A stretch of DNA of 64,000 nucleotides from Hamiltosporidium tvaerminnensis FI-OER-3-3 (GCA_022605425.2 CM061251.1:434001-498000); one strand, 5' to 3'. Shown: positions 14,650-30,766, numbered from the stretch's first letter. Notes: generated from the sequence alone by a model not told the origin. Numbers and translations are program-made.

Positions 14650-15290
14650 TTTCAAATTTTCGTTAGAAATAGAAAATCAGTACATCTTTAATGTATCAAT
14701 TGGAGTATTACAAGAAGGAGAAAGTTTACCAAAAAACAAAACTTTTCTATAAATTTATAATGGTAATTTTTGTATAACTTGATTTCGGACCGCGGCTGAA
14801 CTTGTAAGTAATTCGGATTTAAAAAAAAAACCTAACCATGCTCACACAGATTAGGAGAATATGTGTCTAGGATTTATACAAATCAAACTTTCAAAAAAAC
14901 AAAAAACTGGTAGAAGGTTTTAACTGTTGGTATGACTGTGCCCTGTATAGTGAATCTCATATAAGTTGCCGAGGTATATACAACTTAATGCAAATTTGGT
15001 TTGAGATGTCGAGCAAAAGAGATTTTGCATAGAAGAGGGAAGCCCAGTGGGTTTCGACCATCGATGACATTCTATGCAACGGAAAAAACAAACACCAGCC
15101 TACCGCTTCACCCATCAATTAAGTTTTTTACACTTTTTGAAGGATAAGCTTGAGAATGTAGGTGTCATAGAGGTACCGATTATGGGCAAGGTGCTGTTAT
15201 TTATGTTATGCACATAATCGCACGTATGCGCTCGAAAAAAGTCACAATTTTTCGGTTTTATAAATGATGTGTATCTTCGAATAAGGATTT
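14650..15290 (+). mobile_element. Diverged copy 3 of the ~740-bp non-coding element
   Basis: Collinear blocks with 30767-31505: TACATCTT, AAAACTTTT, GCTGAA, AACCTAACC(A/T)TGCTCAC, CTGTT(G/A)GTATGAC, TTATTTATGTTA; CATTCTATGCAACGGA is shared with copy 2. Ends are approximate and no TSD is seen. Confidence 0.75.
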
Positions 15291-18200
15291 TTGCGAAATA
15301 ATTATTTCGTTAATTTAAAAAGTTTGCCAAAAATATATAGCAAAATGCGATATATTTGCATTGTATGTTTCAAAAAAGATAAATTTATTATCATTGTGCT
15401 CATAGATTGATTTCCATAATCACAGCTTAGATGTTGATTCCTTTATTTTTTATAATGCTTTTATTTTTTTTGCACTACCTTAATAATAAAGAAGACTATA
15501 TCTTAAGCGATAATATAGAAATATTATTCCGCGTTATTTTTCTATATATTCCGCATAAATCAAGAAAATCCATAATACAACTTATAAAACCTATATTTCT
15601 ATTGATGATAGATAAAACGCCGACAGTTTTCAATATTTTAGAGCCTTTTAGACCTTTTAGTCGACATTATTTTTTATATTTATAATCTACACACCATGCC
15701 ATATGTATTCAAGTGGTATTATAAAACATAAAACATTCAAAAATTTTACTATAAAATCAAAACAAAAATATTTGTTAATTTAATTTATTGATTGTATAAA
15801 TCAAAATTTAAAAATATCATATTTTACACATGTTAATATTTAAATAACATAATATCCTTTATTCGCAAAATTATGGTAAGATATACATCAAAAACACAAA
15901 TTCTGACTGAATAACAATGTAATATTGTAATAAACAAATATTTTTTATTTACTTGATTTTTAAATCTTACTGGTTTAAGTTTGTTTTTCAGATTTTTATG
16001 ACAATGAGAATGCCAACATAGATAAAATAGCGTTTGAAAAGACATAATGTAATTTTTCAATTTAACAGAATAAAAACTAAAATAGACCCTGTAGATATTA
16101 GCTATGTTAAAGCAAAAAACCTAGTTAAGTTCACCCAGGTTTAATGAATTAAATCTTGAAAATTACCAAACAGAGTACCCTTTGCCTCCTAAAAGAAAAG
16201 GCTGGAAAGAATAAAATATTTCTTTGTATGACATTTATGAGTCAAATTTAAAACATTTATCTCATAGAGTCGTAATTCTGTTACAATTTATTTTGGTACA
16301 AAGATTGACGAACAAGCAAAGAGGCAGTTGATCCTAAGCATGGCAAACATTACTTTCGACCTCCTATAATACCTTTGTCAACAATCTCGCACATTCGGTC
16401 GAATTTGCACAGTCTTTTATTAAATCTTGGGATATAAGCTTGGTAAAAGATACTGACAGAATGACGGAAGAAGAGGGCAAGTAAATACCTCCACTCTAAA
16501 ATCGAGTATGTAATAACAAAATTATATACACCGGGTTATGGTCAAATGTGATATTCATTGAATAAAAAAATTATTAAAAATTCTTTGAAAATTTATTTTG
16601 TAATTCTTTAGGTATAGATTTACTAAATATTTTTTGAAAACTAAATTAGACGTATTCGAATCAATCATGCCTTGATAATAATTATTTGCTGCAAATCTGT
16701 GAGGTTTCATACTTATAAATACTCTTACAAAATAGAGAATACGGAAATAATATTTCTTTATTAAATTTTTTCGATAAAGTATAATGTAATATATCTCGAA
16801 GTTATAGTCATAAAAATCCAAACAATCATTGATTTAAAATTTATGAACAATATACCACATTAAAACCTATATGTTAAAAAAAATAAGACACACAAAAGTT
16901 TTTATATTTTACGCATCTATAAAAAAAATTAAAATTTAAAGTTTATAGTGTCAAGCAATTTTATGTATATTTTTGAATTTTTGTATTTTTTTGGTAAATA
17001 GAATTCCTTTTAGAGCTTTAAACAGCTCTTATAAAATATTTAAACAAATTTTTAAATATATGTTTTAAAAATAAAAACGTGCCGATTTCTAGTGTTATCT
17101 AGAAGAAATTTTTCATAGTCTGAAGCAAATTTCATAAACTGTTGCTAAAATTAAAATATATATGATGTAATAAAAAAAACCTTTTATTGAGTAGATTCAA
17201 ATATGTACAAAAGCTTTTATAATAGTCTTTTAATTTCCATATAATCTATCTATTTGAAGTATTACTTCTGGGATTACTGAATATTTTATTACATTTGCAG
17301 ATTTTATAATAACGGGTAAATATTTCAGCGAAAAAACCATAAATTTAAATAATATACGTTAAATAAAAGCTTTGTTTCTAATTTAAAAAAATTTTTTCCT
17401 GAGAATTTTGTACATTAAATATTAAAAAATATTATTTAAAATTCATATTTTTGCTAAAGGTTCTTTTAGTCATAAAATAAGTTACAACTGGAAAAAATCA
17501 TATCAACAAGTAGGCTAAATAATTGCATACAAACAGTTTTAGATCATTTTTCACGCTGAAAAGAAGGTATAGTTTTTTTATTCCCAGATATCTAAAGTTT
17601 ATTTGAGTAAGGTTTACTAAAAGCTAGGTTCATTTTTTATCATAGAATTTCATTTTATTTTAATTATAATTTAAAGTATAGCTTAAATATACATAAGCTG
17701 AAGAACAGAAAGGGTTTATGGTTTTTAGAAGCGTTCTCTTTTTGTGTATCTTTTTTGTTCAAACAGCATATGAATTTTTACTATATAATAATAAATTGCC
17801 TTGTAATCCGCTATAGTTCAGAGATACAAAAAAACTTAGTTTAGTATTTCAAGGAGCTAATCGTGTGTGGTTGTAATAACTTTGGGGTCGAAATTCGAAA
17901 GAGAATCAGAACAGTAAATTGCACCTAGATGACTTGTAGCATGAGGTGGGCTTTATTCTGAACCACAAGTAAAAAAACACTTGCTGCAGTCATTATTATA
18001 TTTGATTTTAATCATTGGCTAGTTTTATGCACTTCCGAAAACCATGATTCTTAGTTGTAATAAAAAAAAAAGAAGTAGAATATTGTATTAATATAAAATT
18101 TTAGATATAAAATTTTTTGTAAGCCAAAAAAAACAGTTAATAAAGTACTCGTGTCAGAAATCGTATGCTTAAACAATCTAATTTCGTATAGCCCTTACAA

Positions 18201-21200
18201 TATTATTTAGTTTTATAAATTTACATCGCATGTGAGAATATATTTCTAAAATATAGGTTTACATAGAAAAAATATATAGTATAAGCACGCTGCAAGAACC
18301 ATAGAAATATTTTTATTGATATCTTATATAAGAATTTCAACATTTCATCATTTTTTAGAAGAAAATCCAATAAAGGTTTGCAGCTTTGGCTATCGTATTT
18401 AAATTAAGAATGTGACTTCGCCACTTCTCTCGTTCCTATATGGAATAGAATCAAAAAACAAATTTTCCTGTTAAAAAATATAAAACATAGTATATTTTAC
18501 CATTGGAATTATGATTTTCTGTTAAATATCCATCATTCTAATGCCGAAGCACTTTTGAGATTGCTAAAATATAAATATTTTGGTAAATTTCAGTGTTCTA
18601 AATATTTCTTTTCAATGCTATACAATTTTTTTTCTATGAAAATATATTTTATATTTGTAATTTCGAAATAATTTTAAGATAATTAAAGGAAATTTGCTTA
18701 GCATTTACAAGATAGACCTAAAAACAAAAGGTTATGAAAGAATAAAATATTTTGTTAAATAGACCAAGATTTTGTAATTAAAAATAATCATAACGAATGC
18801 ACCTAAAAAATTATAAAAAAAGTAATATATACCTAAAGAATAATTATTTTATTTGCAATATGCTTACAAAAAAACTCTTTTTCCATGTATTCTGTATTAA
18901 TACGACAAACGAGCTTCGCCATCTACTCAGGTGTTGATAAGCAAGAAATTTTAAAACATAAACAATTTACAAAATATATTTTCGCGATTACAGTCTTTGA
19001 AAGCTTAATGAACCTTAACGAACATATGCCATTTTTTTGTCGTTTAAAAAAGTCTAAACCTTTGCTAAATTTTGAAATGCAGTTAAAGTATAGCATAGTT
19101 GTGCTTTGTAATATAAAGGTAGCCATATGCCAGGTACTTCTTTTCGGTACGGGTTTTAGAAGTGAAATTATAAAAGCTACAAGCTCTTGATGAGAAATTA
19201 TAAACGTTTGCTATATTACTCTGTATAATATTGCATCAATATTATATGTAATGTGTCTATTTATATATTTATTCGTCTTGAAGATGCCGTGCCTTCAAAT
19301 AAATATATATCATACCAATGGTACATTTTAAATAGATTTTTCAATCAAAGATATACTAGAAATTAATATGAAGCAAAAAGAACTATTATCCTAGGATTAT
19401 ATATTAGATATTTCATTCATGAATATTTGTACCTAGAAAAAATAATAAAATCTGTTTTTCATTAAAAATGTACCGATGAAATATATAGTTTAGAAATAAA
19501 GATTCGGTTTTAAATTTAAGAGTTTATTTTAAAAAGGACTTGCGTTATTATTATGATATGATTGCGTCTAGAAAAACAATTTTTCTGCTTTAATGTATAG
19601 TTACTAAAGATTCTCATAGAAATAAGTGCAATGGTTTTGCTAACATATATTTCGAAAAATTTCATTTATATTTGTTAGATAAAACATTGCCTTGCTTAGA
19701 AATTACAATCAAAAACAGAATATTTGATAGATACTGTATCTAGTTTTATACTTCACTATTACCACATAATTTACAAAAACCTTAATTCGAAGAATAAATA
19801 TATGCATTGTTAAAAAAAATAAATATTATACATATTCAGACTATATTTTTTAAAGTGTTTGTATTAAAAATCTAAATTGTTCTCTAAAATAGAAATTTAA
19901 GATATGAATTAAAATATAGATTTGACTAAAGAATATATTATAATCATAAACAATGACACTTATAATTAAAAATTGCCGAAAACACAGAGAAAACAGCATT
20001 AAATTCTTGTAATCTAAAGATACAAAAATCCTGAATAAAGAAAAATAAACCATTACCGAATAAATCGAGTTTAGCTAAAAACTTTTTATATATCTCATAT
20101 TTAGAATAATAAGATTCAATATAAGTTTCCTAGTATAGAAGATTTTATAACAGAAGAATTAATTTCTCTCCTTGTAAATATATAATAGAATATTTTCTTA
20201 AATATGAAGATTTCTGCATACCTGATATTTTTAGAGCATTTTAATTCATACAATAGAAATAACATAGATAAAAAATAAAAAAAATATTACAAAAGAAATA
20301 TCTGAAAAAATCAACATCATATTTTTTAGTGTATTTTCATAGAAAAATGAATTTTTTGTGTTGTTAGCGATTAGATATAAATTTATTAAAGTTTTATTAA
20401 GCTTAAAGTATATAACAATGAATCTATCGTTGTACGGTGGAATGCAATTTGGTATGAAAATAAATTTCTTTAATTCGTATATAAAAATATCATGAAAGAT
20501 TCCGAAATGCCTCATTAAAAAAAAACGTTCAATTTGGCTAGGTTTTTATATAAATCAGCATTTTTTTACAGGAATATTATGTCATTTGGCGCAATAAAAA
20601 CTGCTTAAGAAAATATTTATAACTAAAAACATGTGTATTGTTACTGTCGATAAAATTCGTAAAAAATACTTTTATTTGCTATCATTCTTTACTACAATAG
20701 TTTAAACGGTTTCAAACAAAAGTTTCAAGTATTTACGAACATAATTCTATAAAAAAGCGTTCAAACAAAAAAATGTTTCTTCTCATCCAATGTATTCCGA
20801 TCAATTTTCATCGGTATTGATCGGTATAATAACTATGACTTTGTTTGTTTTTTAAATATAAACAACCGGAAATGTCTTATTTTAATAATTTTTGGAGTTT
20901 TGGGCTTTAAGAATAATTTTATTAGGTTAACTTTTAAAATCTCAAGAATAAATAGTTTAAAAAAACTATGACACTAGTAAAATTTTGACAAATAATCTTG
21001 AGTGTTTTATGTATATTCAGTTAAAGCATATGATATACTATTCAGATGTATTTAAAAAAAATGCTAGATGTTTAAATAGTTGTTCTGTTTTGGAAGAACT
21101 ATTTAAACTACTTTTTTTTATTTTGAGTATAAAATAATGTTTCAAGTATAAGAAATCGAATGGTGTTTAGGATTTTAACACACGAACAGAAGCATACTTT

Positions 21201-24200
21201 CCATAAAAATTTAAAAAAGCAACTCAGAATAGACCTTATAACATTTCGTTTTTTAGTAAGATTTAGCATTAAGTTGTGACGAATAAATATCATATTGTTC
21301 AAGGAGCCTAAAGGCTTAGCAATATCTTTTTCCAATAATCTTAATTTTACGAAAATGTTGTGTAAAGAACATCAGAATACTATAATAGAACGTATGTAAT
21401 TTAAATAAATAAATCGTTCAAGCTTTTGGCATCGCAGGGTTGCCTAGATCAATTATTCTAGCATCTTAGTTATCCAATGAATCAAGAAATTAGAAACAAG
21501 CTCTAAAAATATCTCATATTGTATCATATGCTATTGATTATATATTTAAGGTGATAAATTGTTTTCGGGTATAATATAATTTAAATTTTTCTCTGCACTC
21601 GAATTTAAAACTTTAATCAAACTTTGCATACTATGTATCTTGACTTATATAACCAAAAATATGAATGATACATAGATAGATTACGAAATTTATGCTTTTT
21701 TATTTTCCATTGTAAAATCTACCTATTTTAGAAATCTCAGATGAACTACAGGCAAAACTTACAAATTCCGAATTTCAAGTTCAATTTTTCTAAAATTTTT
21801 AGTTTATATTTGATATATTTTAAAAGTAAGAAATAAAGTTTCATTAAATTATCGAAATTCTGATTACATAAAGCGACAGAAGGCTTGGTAATCGTAAGAT
21901 TTGCTTCAATAATAATACTTTATGAATATCTATCGGATTGCTTGAAAACATGTATCTTATCATATCTTATTTCGAATTTGAGTATTCAAAAAATAAAAAC
22001 CGAGATAACTGTAATATTTCTTAGTTTGTATGTAAGTAAATAATTAAAATTTCTGTACTTGATATTCTACATAGGTATTGTGGAAAAGATTCCTACATAA
22101 AAATAAATCGTGTATTTACAAAAATCGCTAATCTATGAAAAATCTCGAAAGAAACTTTTAATTTTTTAACTAGAATCGGTTTTACAGCAATGAAATTCAG
22201 TATTTCATTTAGTATGCGATTTTTAAACATTTGATTTTACCTTAAAAGATGACATTTCGAAATCTATATCCAAAAAAAACTAGCTCCTTATGATAATTTC
22301 ACTCTAAATGCATTGAAAAGGAATGAAATTATATTTTAAAATCCAAACTTTCCAATTATTGGTAATTTTTAAATGAGCTATTCAAATGAAATACGTAAAA
22401 GTCGCAATTTAAATATTTTTAATGTGCTTTAATTATAATAATACTAAATATAAATATTCATATATATATATATACTTACTTGTTCTTTCCTATTTTATCT
22501 CTTGGTGTTGAAAATATACAAAGAAGTTTTTTTATTTGTTTTTTAAAATCGTTATGACTCATAATTTTGGGAATCGGCTTATAGAATCACTTGATTTATG
22601 CCGCTAAAATTTCAAACAATGAATTTAAAATTTATACAATTATTGTCAAGCAGAATGTTTTTAATGTGATTATCCATTCCAAACCCACATCTATATATAT
22701 ACAAACAAATAATTTTTAGAAGCGCTATAAATATATAAGAAAATTTAGTAATCCGTTGAATATATAACAAAGAATTTTATTTCTATGCTATATACACAGT
22801 AAAAGTATAAATTATGAGTTATTAGAAGACTTGAACCTTTTAAAAAGGTGTATAGCAAAAATAAGATTTCCAAAAAAAGAAATATAGATTATGATATACA
22901 AGCCTAAAATTTTTAAAAAGATTGTTTATCTACAAAATTTAACATATTTTCTGATTGTATACAAATGAAGCTTATTCTTGTGCCAACATAAGCAATAATA
23001 AATTAAATTCAATCTAACAGATATTTTTGGATTTTATATAACGTCCTTTAAAAAATTATACGAAAAATTTAGATGAAAATATAGCCAGTTTCGAGGATTT
23101 AACAATCTGTAATTTGTAAATTTTTTATATTTCTATATGCTAATATACATAACGATTTCAACTAAGAGAAAGATAAATCGAAGGCAATATTATATAGATA
23201 TTTAATATATCCCTTAGAAAGATTTCATATGGTATACCTTTTTGACCAAAATTATTTATTTGAATGATAAATGTCTAAAAAAAACTTATTATGACCTAGT
23301 GCAGTCTAAAATTATTTTTACGCATCTAAAAATTCGATTTATATATTTAAAGTAAAATTTGATCTATTAAGAAATGCATAAATACAAAATCAGAGCCTTT
23401 ATTAACGCTTTCAACATACCTTTTGCCTTTTTAAAATTTCCTTATCTATTCTTAGATCGCTCTTAAATAAATTGCAAATTTTATATGAAGATAGAAACAA
23501 GATTTTGTATCTTAAAGTATAGTAAAATGATTGATTGATATTTGATTAAAAAACTTTACGTATGAACTGTTCTAAGATTTAATATCGATCATATAACGTA
23601 GCTGGCCTAATTGGAAGCCAAGTATACATTTTTTACGATAAGATTCTACAAATAAATAGTTTTAAAACGAGAACCGGCATTTAATATATAACGCTTTAAT
23701 TTTATTTTACTTTCTTGGATTTACTTAAAATTCTCGAAGCGTGTTTAAAGTATATAAGATGCAACGCAAAAAACAAATATTTTTATAAAGTGCTGATTCT
23801 AAGTTATAGAATTCTTTTTTTTTTCAAGATTGAAACTTATATAAGTGGCATTAATTTCCATTCGGTTTTACAAAAAGAAGCTAACTTCAGAATCTATAGA
23901 ATTGTGGCTTGATTCTATAATACCCAATATACTGTAATATTGTTAAATAGCCAAGCTTTTATTAATTTTTTCATATTAGGATTAGGCTTTGAAAATATAT
24001 ACTTAGAAAAATAAAAGCTGTCCTATAAAGTCTTATAATTGAAAAATTCGACTTCGATATTAACAAATGAAATATTTCTTATAAAACAGTTGAATTAAAA
24101 TATATTTTCGAACTCGAAAAACTGCTAATATTTTTCTCATATACTATATTTTTTTTAAGATTTATACATTTGAAACACTTTATAAAAATGTTTTATCGAG

Positions 24201-27200
24201 TAATTTGTATTTGTTTAAGTCGCATTTATATTATTGTTTACCTTTATAAAAAGAATTGATTACGCAATCCAAACATCTAAAAGCATATCTAATGACGAGA
24301 TGTTTAAAAATAATCTTTTCTACATTAACTCAGCAAATTATGATCTTGACATAAATAAAAAGAAAAACCTAAGACGTTACAGATATAGTTCTCTAGGGCA
24401 CAAAAATATTGAGATAATCTTAATGAAAACGAAAATTGAACATCTCAACAAGTCTAATATTTTGTAGCATTAGAATAGCTTTCTTGCAATTATAATCTTT
24501 TTTAAAAGTTTTTGAAACCCTTAAAAACATTTTGTAGCAAAATACAAAGTTTATTTTGACATTCATGTTTTTTTGTTAACGAAACTCTCCAAGCATTGAT
24601 ATCAAGATTTATGTAATATAGAATTAAAGGCTATACTCGCAAAAAGTATTTTTTTTAGTATAAACATTCATATGTTGCTGCCGCTTGGTACGAATTAACT
24701 GCCTTATTCTATTAAATGCACAATGCTCTGGCCAATCATTAACAAAGAAGACACGCTTATGTGATACTATTTGCACCGGCAAATTAGTTTAATGCTTCAT
24801 TGATTTGATTTTAACATTTTAAACAATCCAATATAAAGAATATTGGAGTGTGCTATTATAATATAGCAAACGTTGTGTAATTATTCCAAAGATTAAGTTA
24901 TTTTCATTGGACGTATATGATAAATAGCAGTTATACATGGAATATAATTTGAAAAACATTCATGTGCGTAAACGAGAAAAATATTCCAAAAGAAATATTT
25001 TATTTAAAAAAATATGAGCGCTATACACTGAATAGACAAAAATATATTTTTTTCGTGTATAAATTTCTATAGCAAATTTATATGTGTTAGCAATAATTTA
25101 TTTTATTCTATTAGTACCTATATATCAATTTTATATGTAAAAGTGTAACTATACAACGAATTTATAATGATTTTTTGCTTTCAGAATAAGGTTAGATCTT
25201 AAAAATGTGTTATGGATAAAATCCTCAAGAAAAAAATTTTGTAGTATTATCGAACAAAACTTTTCATAATACAATTTATAAAGATATATTAGTATACATT
25301 TGGTCAATAACAATATGCCGCAAAGTAGATATAGGGAATTATGTTCAATTTCTCAACTGCATTTCATAAAAATTTTATAGAATACTTTATTTTTTATAAC
25401 TTTATATTTTATTTGTTTATATTGCTTGCGTCTTATTTTAAAGCAAATGAACTTCTACTTTTAGCTATACCTTTGTTAAAGAAAGTTTTAAATAACGTTC
25501 AAGTATAATATTTTATAACAAGTTATATATTTTTATATGTCTTTGTGTGTTTAAATAAAACAATATGTAAATGTTAGAAAATTTGAATATTCGGGCATCA
25601 AGTCGTTAGAAATTTCATTATAATAACATTTTAATTCTTCAAAAACTTTATAAGAATTGGACTAAACTTTTTTTTTGTAATCTAAAACTACATTCCATAT
25701 AATATTTAATTCTCTTCTTATTTTAATATCAAAATCGTGTATATTCAGATGCTGTATATAAGGAATTTCATCCGAATGAACTATTATTTTTGTTAGTAAA
25801 AACACGTTTCCTATTTATTTACCATTTTTTTACATATTTCTTTATTAACAATATCAAAATTATCATAAGGGATCAGTTTGTTTCATAAACAAAAACATTT
25901 AATGTATATCTTGTAGATACCGGTCTTGAAATCGAATTATCATGTTAACAAGCAGATGTAAAGGTTTTCGTTAGTTTTTAAAGCCAAGACAAAAAAAATT
26001 AAAAACAGATATGCAGAGCAATTTCTATGTCTTTAATTTTAAGAAGTTCTTCGAAGCGTTCAACGTGTAAATAATCCCAAAACCTTAAGTTTATTAAATA
26101 TTACATCACGTATATAATTGCGCAGAAAATTGCAAAAACTTATATCTTTGAAGATATAAAAAAATTATTTATTTCTATAAATCATTAAAATATAATAAAT
26201 TTGTTGTAAATTATTTTTTTTAAGAAATTCATTCCTAAAAATGGTGTTTTGTGTATAATTATTATCTTTTTTTTTCGTTTGTTCGGTTTTCTAAGGATGA
26301 AACAAGATCTAAAGGTAAATTAATGCCTTATATAATTTATGCATTTTATAGAAATTTTTCTTTTGCTGAGTTGAATTTTCAGTCCTCCTGCCTTCTAAAT
26401 TCGAAATCTAAAATGTACACAAATCAATGATCTTACTTATACCCAGAGAATGGATTTTTATATTTCTATAATTTATTACTCTACGCAAGACTAAGTCGAG
26501 CCCTAGATATCCGTGACTTATAAAGAAGTCCATGCCGCTTTGTGATATTATTTAGAACATGTTCAAAGAGCACACCAAAGAATTTAAAGCCATAACTCGA
26601 TTATGTGATGCACGTACTAAAATCCGTAAACTCGAAATATTTTTTTCATTCTAAATATCAATTCCTTGAAACCTTTCTGTTTGTTCTGTATAAAAATTAA
26701 AACCATGGTATTCAAAAACAGTTGAAAATGCGTTTAAAATAAAAAAAATACAAAATGCTTAGTCACAGATAAAATTCTGATATTGAAATAAGGGTTCTAA
26801 TTGATTACTATATGTAGCTAAAACTTACATAAATCCCAATTTTTTATATAAAATGATTGATTAAGTTTGCGTCTGTTCCAATATCTTTTTTTAATATTTA
26901 GCTGACGTTTAGATAAACGAAATACAAAACGAGTCCAAAATTTTGTGTTAAATTTTTAGCACCCGTGTATTTTTGACCTATTATAATGTCGGCTTAAAGC
27001 AAACCCAATTTCGGGAGATGAAGAGATAATTATATAGAAAGATTTAGTTTTTCGAATGATTTCATAACTGAACAAGTGCCATTTATCAGTGATCTTACGT
27101 TTATGAAATATATGGATAGTTAAATATAGAAGTTTCATTATATGAGAAACAGACTAGTCAATTATTTATTTTATTAAGAAGCCGTAATATAAATAAAGTA

Positions 27201-27399
27201 TTAAACTAGTGTTTTTCAAGAAAGAACTATTTTGAGAGACAAAAATAGTGAAATTCTAGTAACATATACATAGGCTTAAATCTTAATAAAAAAATAACCT
27301 TATAAAAAATCATTTGCATGGCATGAAATACTAAAATAGACCTATAGATTTTTGTAAAGATTGGAATTCGCGCTAAAACTACCTTTTATTTTCGACAGT

Positions 27400-27900
27400 C
27401 GCAAGGGTTTCGATGAGGAAGATGAGAATTTCTACAAAATTGCATAATTTTACTTAATTTAATTTGTGAGATTTTATGTTAAATTGTTTATCGAAATGAA
27501 ATAAATTAATTTTACGGTTAAACCACAAAGATCTAGACTCGTTGGCTGGATTATCAGTTCTGAGCTTTTTAAATACAAAAATAAACCTCTTTATAGCAAT
27601 AATGCTAACTAGAAAGTTTTAACCGTAAGCACAACACCCCACATTGTAGATGAACCTTATTAAACACGCCAAGATATATTTTGGCAGTTATTTAGTAGAA
27701 TCTGAGTCGAGAGTAATTGGGAATGCTGCATCGTCTTGGGTTGGCTCGAGATGAGTTTCGAAATACAACCACACCATTACAACGAGAATTAAGATCATTT
27801 AAGTACTCGCGTCGCCTTTTAATTCGGTGCTTTATATGTTCCTAGGGTAAATGTCCTGGTATTTAGGTATAGTAGCAGGACCCAATAGCGTGCTGAAGGT
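27400..27900 (+). mobile_element. Highly diverged copy 4 of the ~740-bp non-coding element
   Basis: GGGAATGCTGCATCGTCTTGGG (27719-27740) matches GGGAATGCTGCATAGTCTTGGG of copy 2. Also TTTCTACAAA, ATACAAAAATAAA and a hairpin at the same position. Ends are approximate. Confidence 0.6.
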
Positions 27901-30766
27901 AAAATTATAAATGCAAAGTTTCGAACTTCGTTAATGTCGTGCTAGCGATTATAACGGAAACTTTTATAAGAATGTTCAATGTTTTCATAATAAAGTATTA
28001 GATTCAGCACAAAAAAACCCTGATAATTTTATTCACATTTTAAAGAAGCCAAGAAGAATCATAAAGTTCTGACTCGGATCCTACAAATTCACATTAGAAC
28101 ATAATATACAGATAATTTAAATATAATTATATGAAATTTTTCTAAGGCTAATAACGAGTTTCCATATTTAAAATGTATCACCGCTTTATACTGATAAATT
28201 AAAACTCTAATTTGTAACAAAACATTTATATTTGTCATATTCAGAGCTTTCGTTTGAAAAGCAAGTGTATTTAGAAAAAACTTGGCGTAAAAATTATAAT
28301 CTTTCTAAAAATACATAAAAAGATTTTAACACATTTTCTGATAGTATGAAATAATATTGGAAGCAAATATATACAAAAAATTAAAGAAATTTATTCGTTC
28401 TACTCAGAATTATGTAAAATATTAGTAGGAAAACATCTATAGTTCTATATGTTAAAAAAACTTGATATTATATTCGACGAGCTTCTATAGCAAAAGAATA
28501 TTTAGTCTACGAAGGTTTGCGAACATTACGGGCGCAATCTATGTACAGGCAAATAACAAATCGACTATAAATTTTAAATTTAAGCGAAATTTGATCATCT
28601 TGTATATTTTTTCTGAAATTTAATATTTTTGAATTAATACTTGTATCTTATTAAACCACTTTTTTAGACTTTCTGCATATTCATTGTAATAGAAATTTAT
28701 TTTGTAATAATGATATGAAATATAGTAAATTGAGATTTCCTACATCTATTTTCTAGGTTTTCGCATTTTTTGGCACAGTGACAATTATAATTTCAGTTCT
28801 ACGCACTGCGGGTATTAGAATTATCTTAGACCGGTAATTGGTCACATTAGAATGTAGAAGTTCTAATACTTTGAAATGTTTCGGACATAATAAAAATACC
28901 ATTTGTACTAATAATTGTATTATTTTAGCTCTTATCTTTGTTGTCAGAATTACTTGGTTGAAACGCAAGGTTTACAAGTTTTGAATTTAATAATAATAAA
29001 TTCTAATATACAACATTCGTTGATATATAGAAAGGCTATTTTAAATCTGATATAATGCTCCTTCAATCTTTAAATCGAGACTTATGGCGAGACTAGTGAC
29101 TTTTTAATTACAATTTGTTACAAAAGGAGAGCTTCTGTCACATTTATTCCCTAAAATATTTTTCTAAAGTATATGCTATATCTCTTCATAGATTTTAATA
29201 ATAAAGCTTGTCATTGTACATATATACGTAAGATTTACAAATAAAATTCATTTTCTTATAAATATAAAACGAATTGTTTACTTAATATAAGCTAAAATCT
29301 AATATAGACTTTAAAAAGATTTAGTATTATACAAAAAACTCGAGAGAGCAAGATAAAAGCTAGAAAAAGAAGATTCCAAAGGGAAAGTATTTCTTCAAGT
29401 GAATTTGTCTTGGGTTCGTTTAACTCGGGTCTTTTTGTCTCATTTCTTCGATTTGTAAAGTTAGGATAAAGAAAGTCTTATATAAATATTTAAACAGAAG
29501 GTTAAATTCATAATAATCATTTTCAAACAAAATTAACAAATTTGAATTTAAATTTATATTTTTTATTTTGCATTCGACCGATGAGAATAGCTATGATGGT
29601 AAAGGATCTGAGATAAGAAAAATTATAGAATATATAAATTAATAGGAAAATATTTACTAGCAGTTATGGTTTTTGCATATAAATTTGCTATTATTTATCT
29701 TGATAGAACTGTTGTTAGGTGTGAAAATTTTCATCCAAAGATTGAAAAGACATTCTAGTACGTGTAAACGTGTGGCAAAACTAACCAATACACCCATAAC
29801 ATAGTTTCTACTTAGAAAAACACGTAAACGTATATCATAATAACAAAAATATCACATATAGAAAGAATGTTATCAAGAATAAGTTCTCATTACCAACAAA
29901 ATGTCTCGAATAGAATCGATTATAAACTCGAATAACATTTTAATTAGAATTTAATAGTCATGAATTCAATATAAGAGATTAAACCTGCTTTTTTTCCAGT
30001 TGACATAAGAAGTTTCCTAGTATTTTTCTTACAAATCTATTTATTTAAGGTACCTAAGACTTCGCAAAAAATTCGAAGCAAAATATTTTATATCATAAAC
30101 CCGTAGACAAAACCCAAGAATGGTAATATACTGAACACTGAAATGATATTAAACCGTATGATTTGCTTGTATAGTTTTGTAATACAATGTAACAATGCTT
30201 TTGTTTGTTTCTCTTGGCAAATAAAAAGGAATGGAAATCCTTTTTTATACCCTTTACTCACCAGCTACGAACTTATAAATACGATAATGCGCATTCCTGC
30301 AACATCAATGGGCAAAAACATTTAATATCAGGTAGGCAAGTAACATATAATATACCTCATATAGGAAAATTACATTACACGAAAAACAAATCACATTCGT
30401 TGCATATATTAAGAGAATACTAAAAAAATGCAAATTGGCTATTTTATATCTTTAATGACGTAAAATGTTTGTTTGGCAAAATTCTGAGTACAGACAGAAG
30501 TGGGATATTCGGAATTTGCGCTCTAAAAACACATGTTTTTTATGTTGCCTAGTATTTTTCAAATATCTCTATCCACGATTAAATTATTTTTATTCGATAT
30601 TATCGATTGTATAAATCGCAATCGAAAAAATATGGAAAAGGTTTACCCTATTACAATCTTAAACGCAAACATCAATGGAATATACACTTCTTTTGTTACA
30701 TATTTATACTCATATTTCCCAATTATGTAGATTTAATATTTATCTTTCATATATATTATCTATTAC

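Noticed and set aside
15025-15079. Hammerhead ribozyme on the minus strand of the hairpin domain (stem...CGAAAC...stem)
   Set aside because: No CUGANGA box, GAAG in two copies, no A-U/UH cleavage site, and the wobble pairs favour the + strand.
16080-16550. GC-richer island with a gag-like peptide (KRQLILSMANITFDLL)
   Set aside because: No diagnostic motif, LTR or second copy.
24620-24800. PIF1/Helitron helicase-like scraps (LPL, GQSLTK, FAP)
   Set aside because: Needs several frameshifts and cannot be told from chance by eye.
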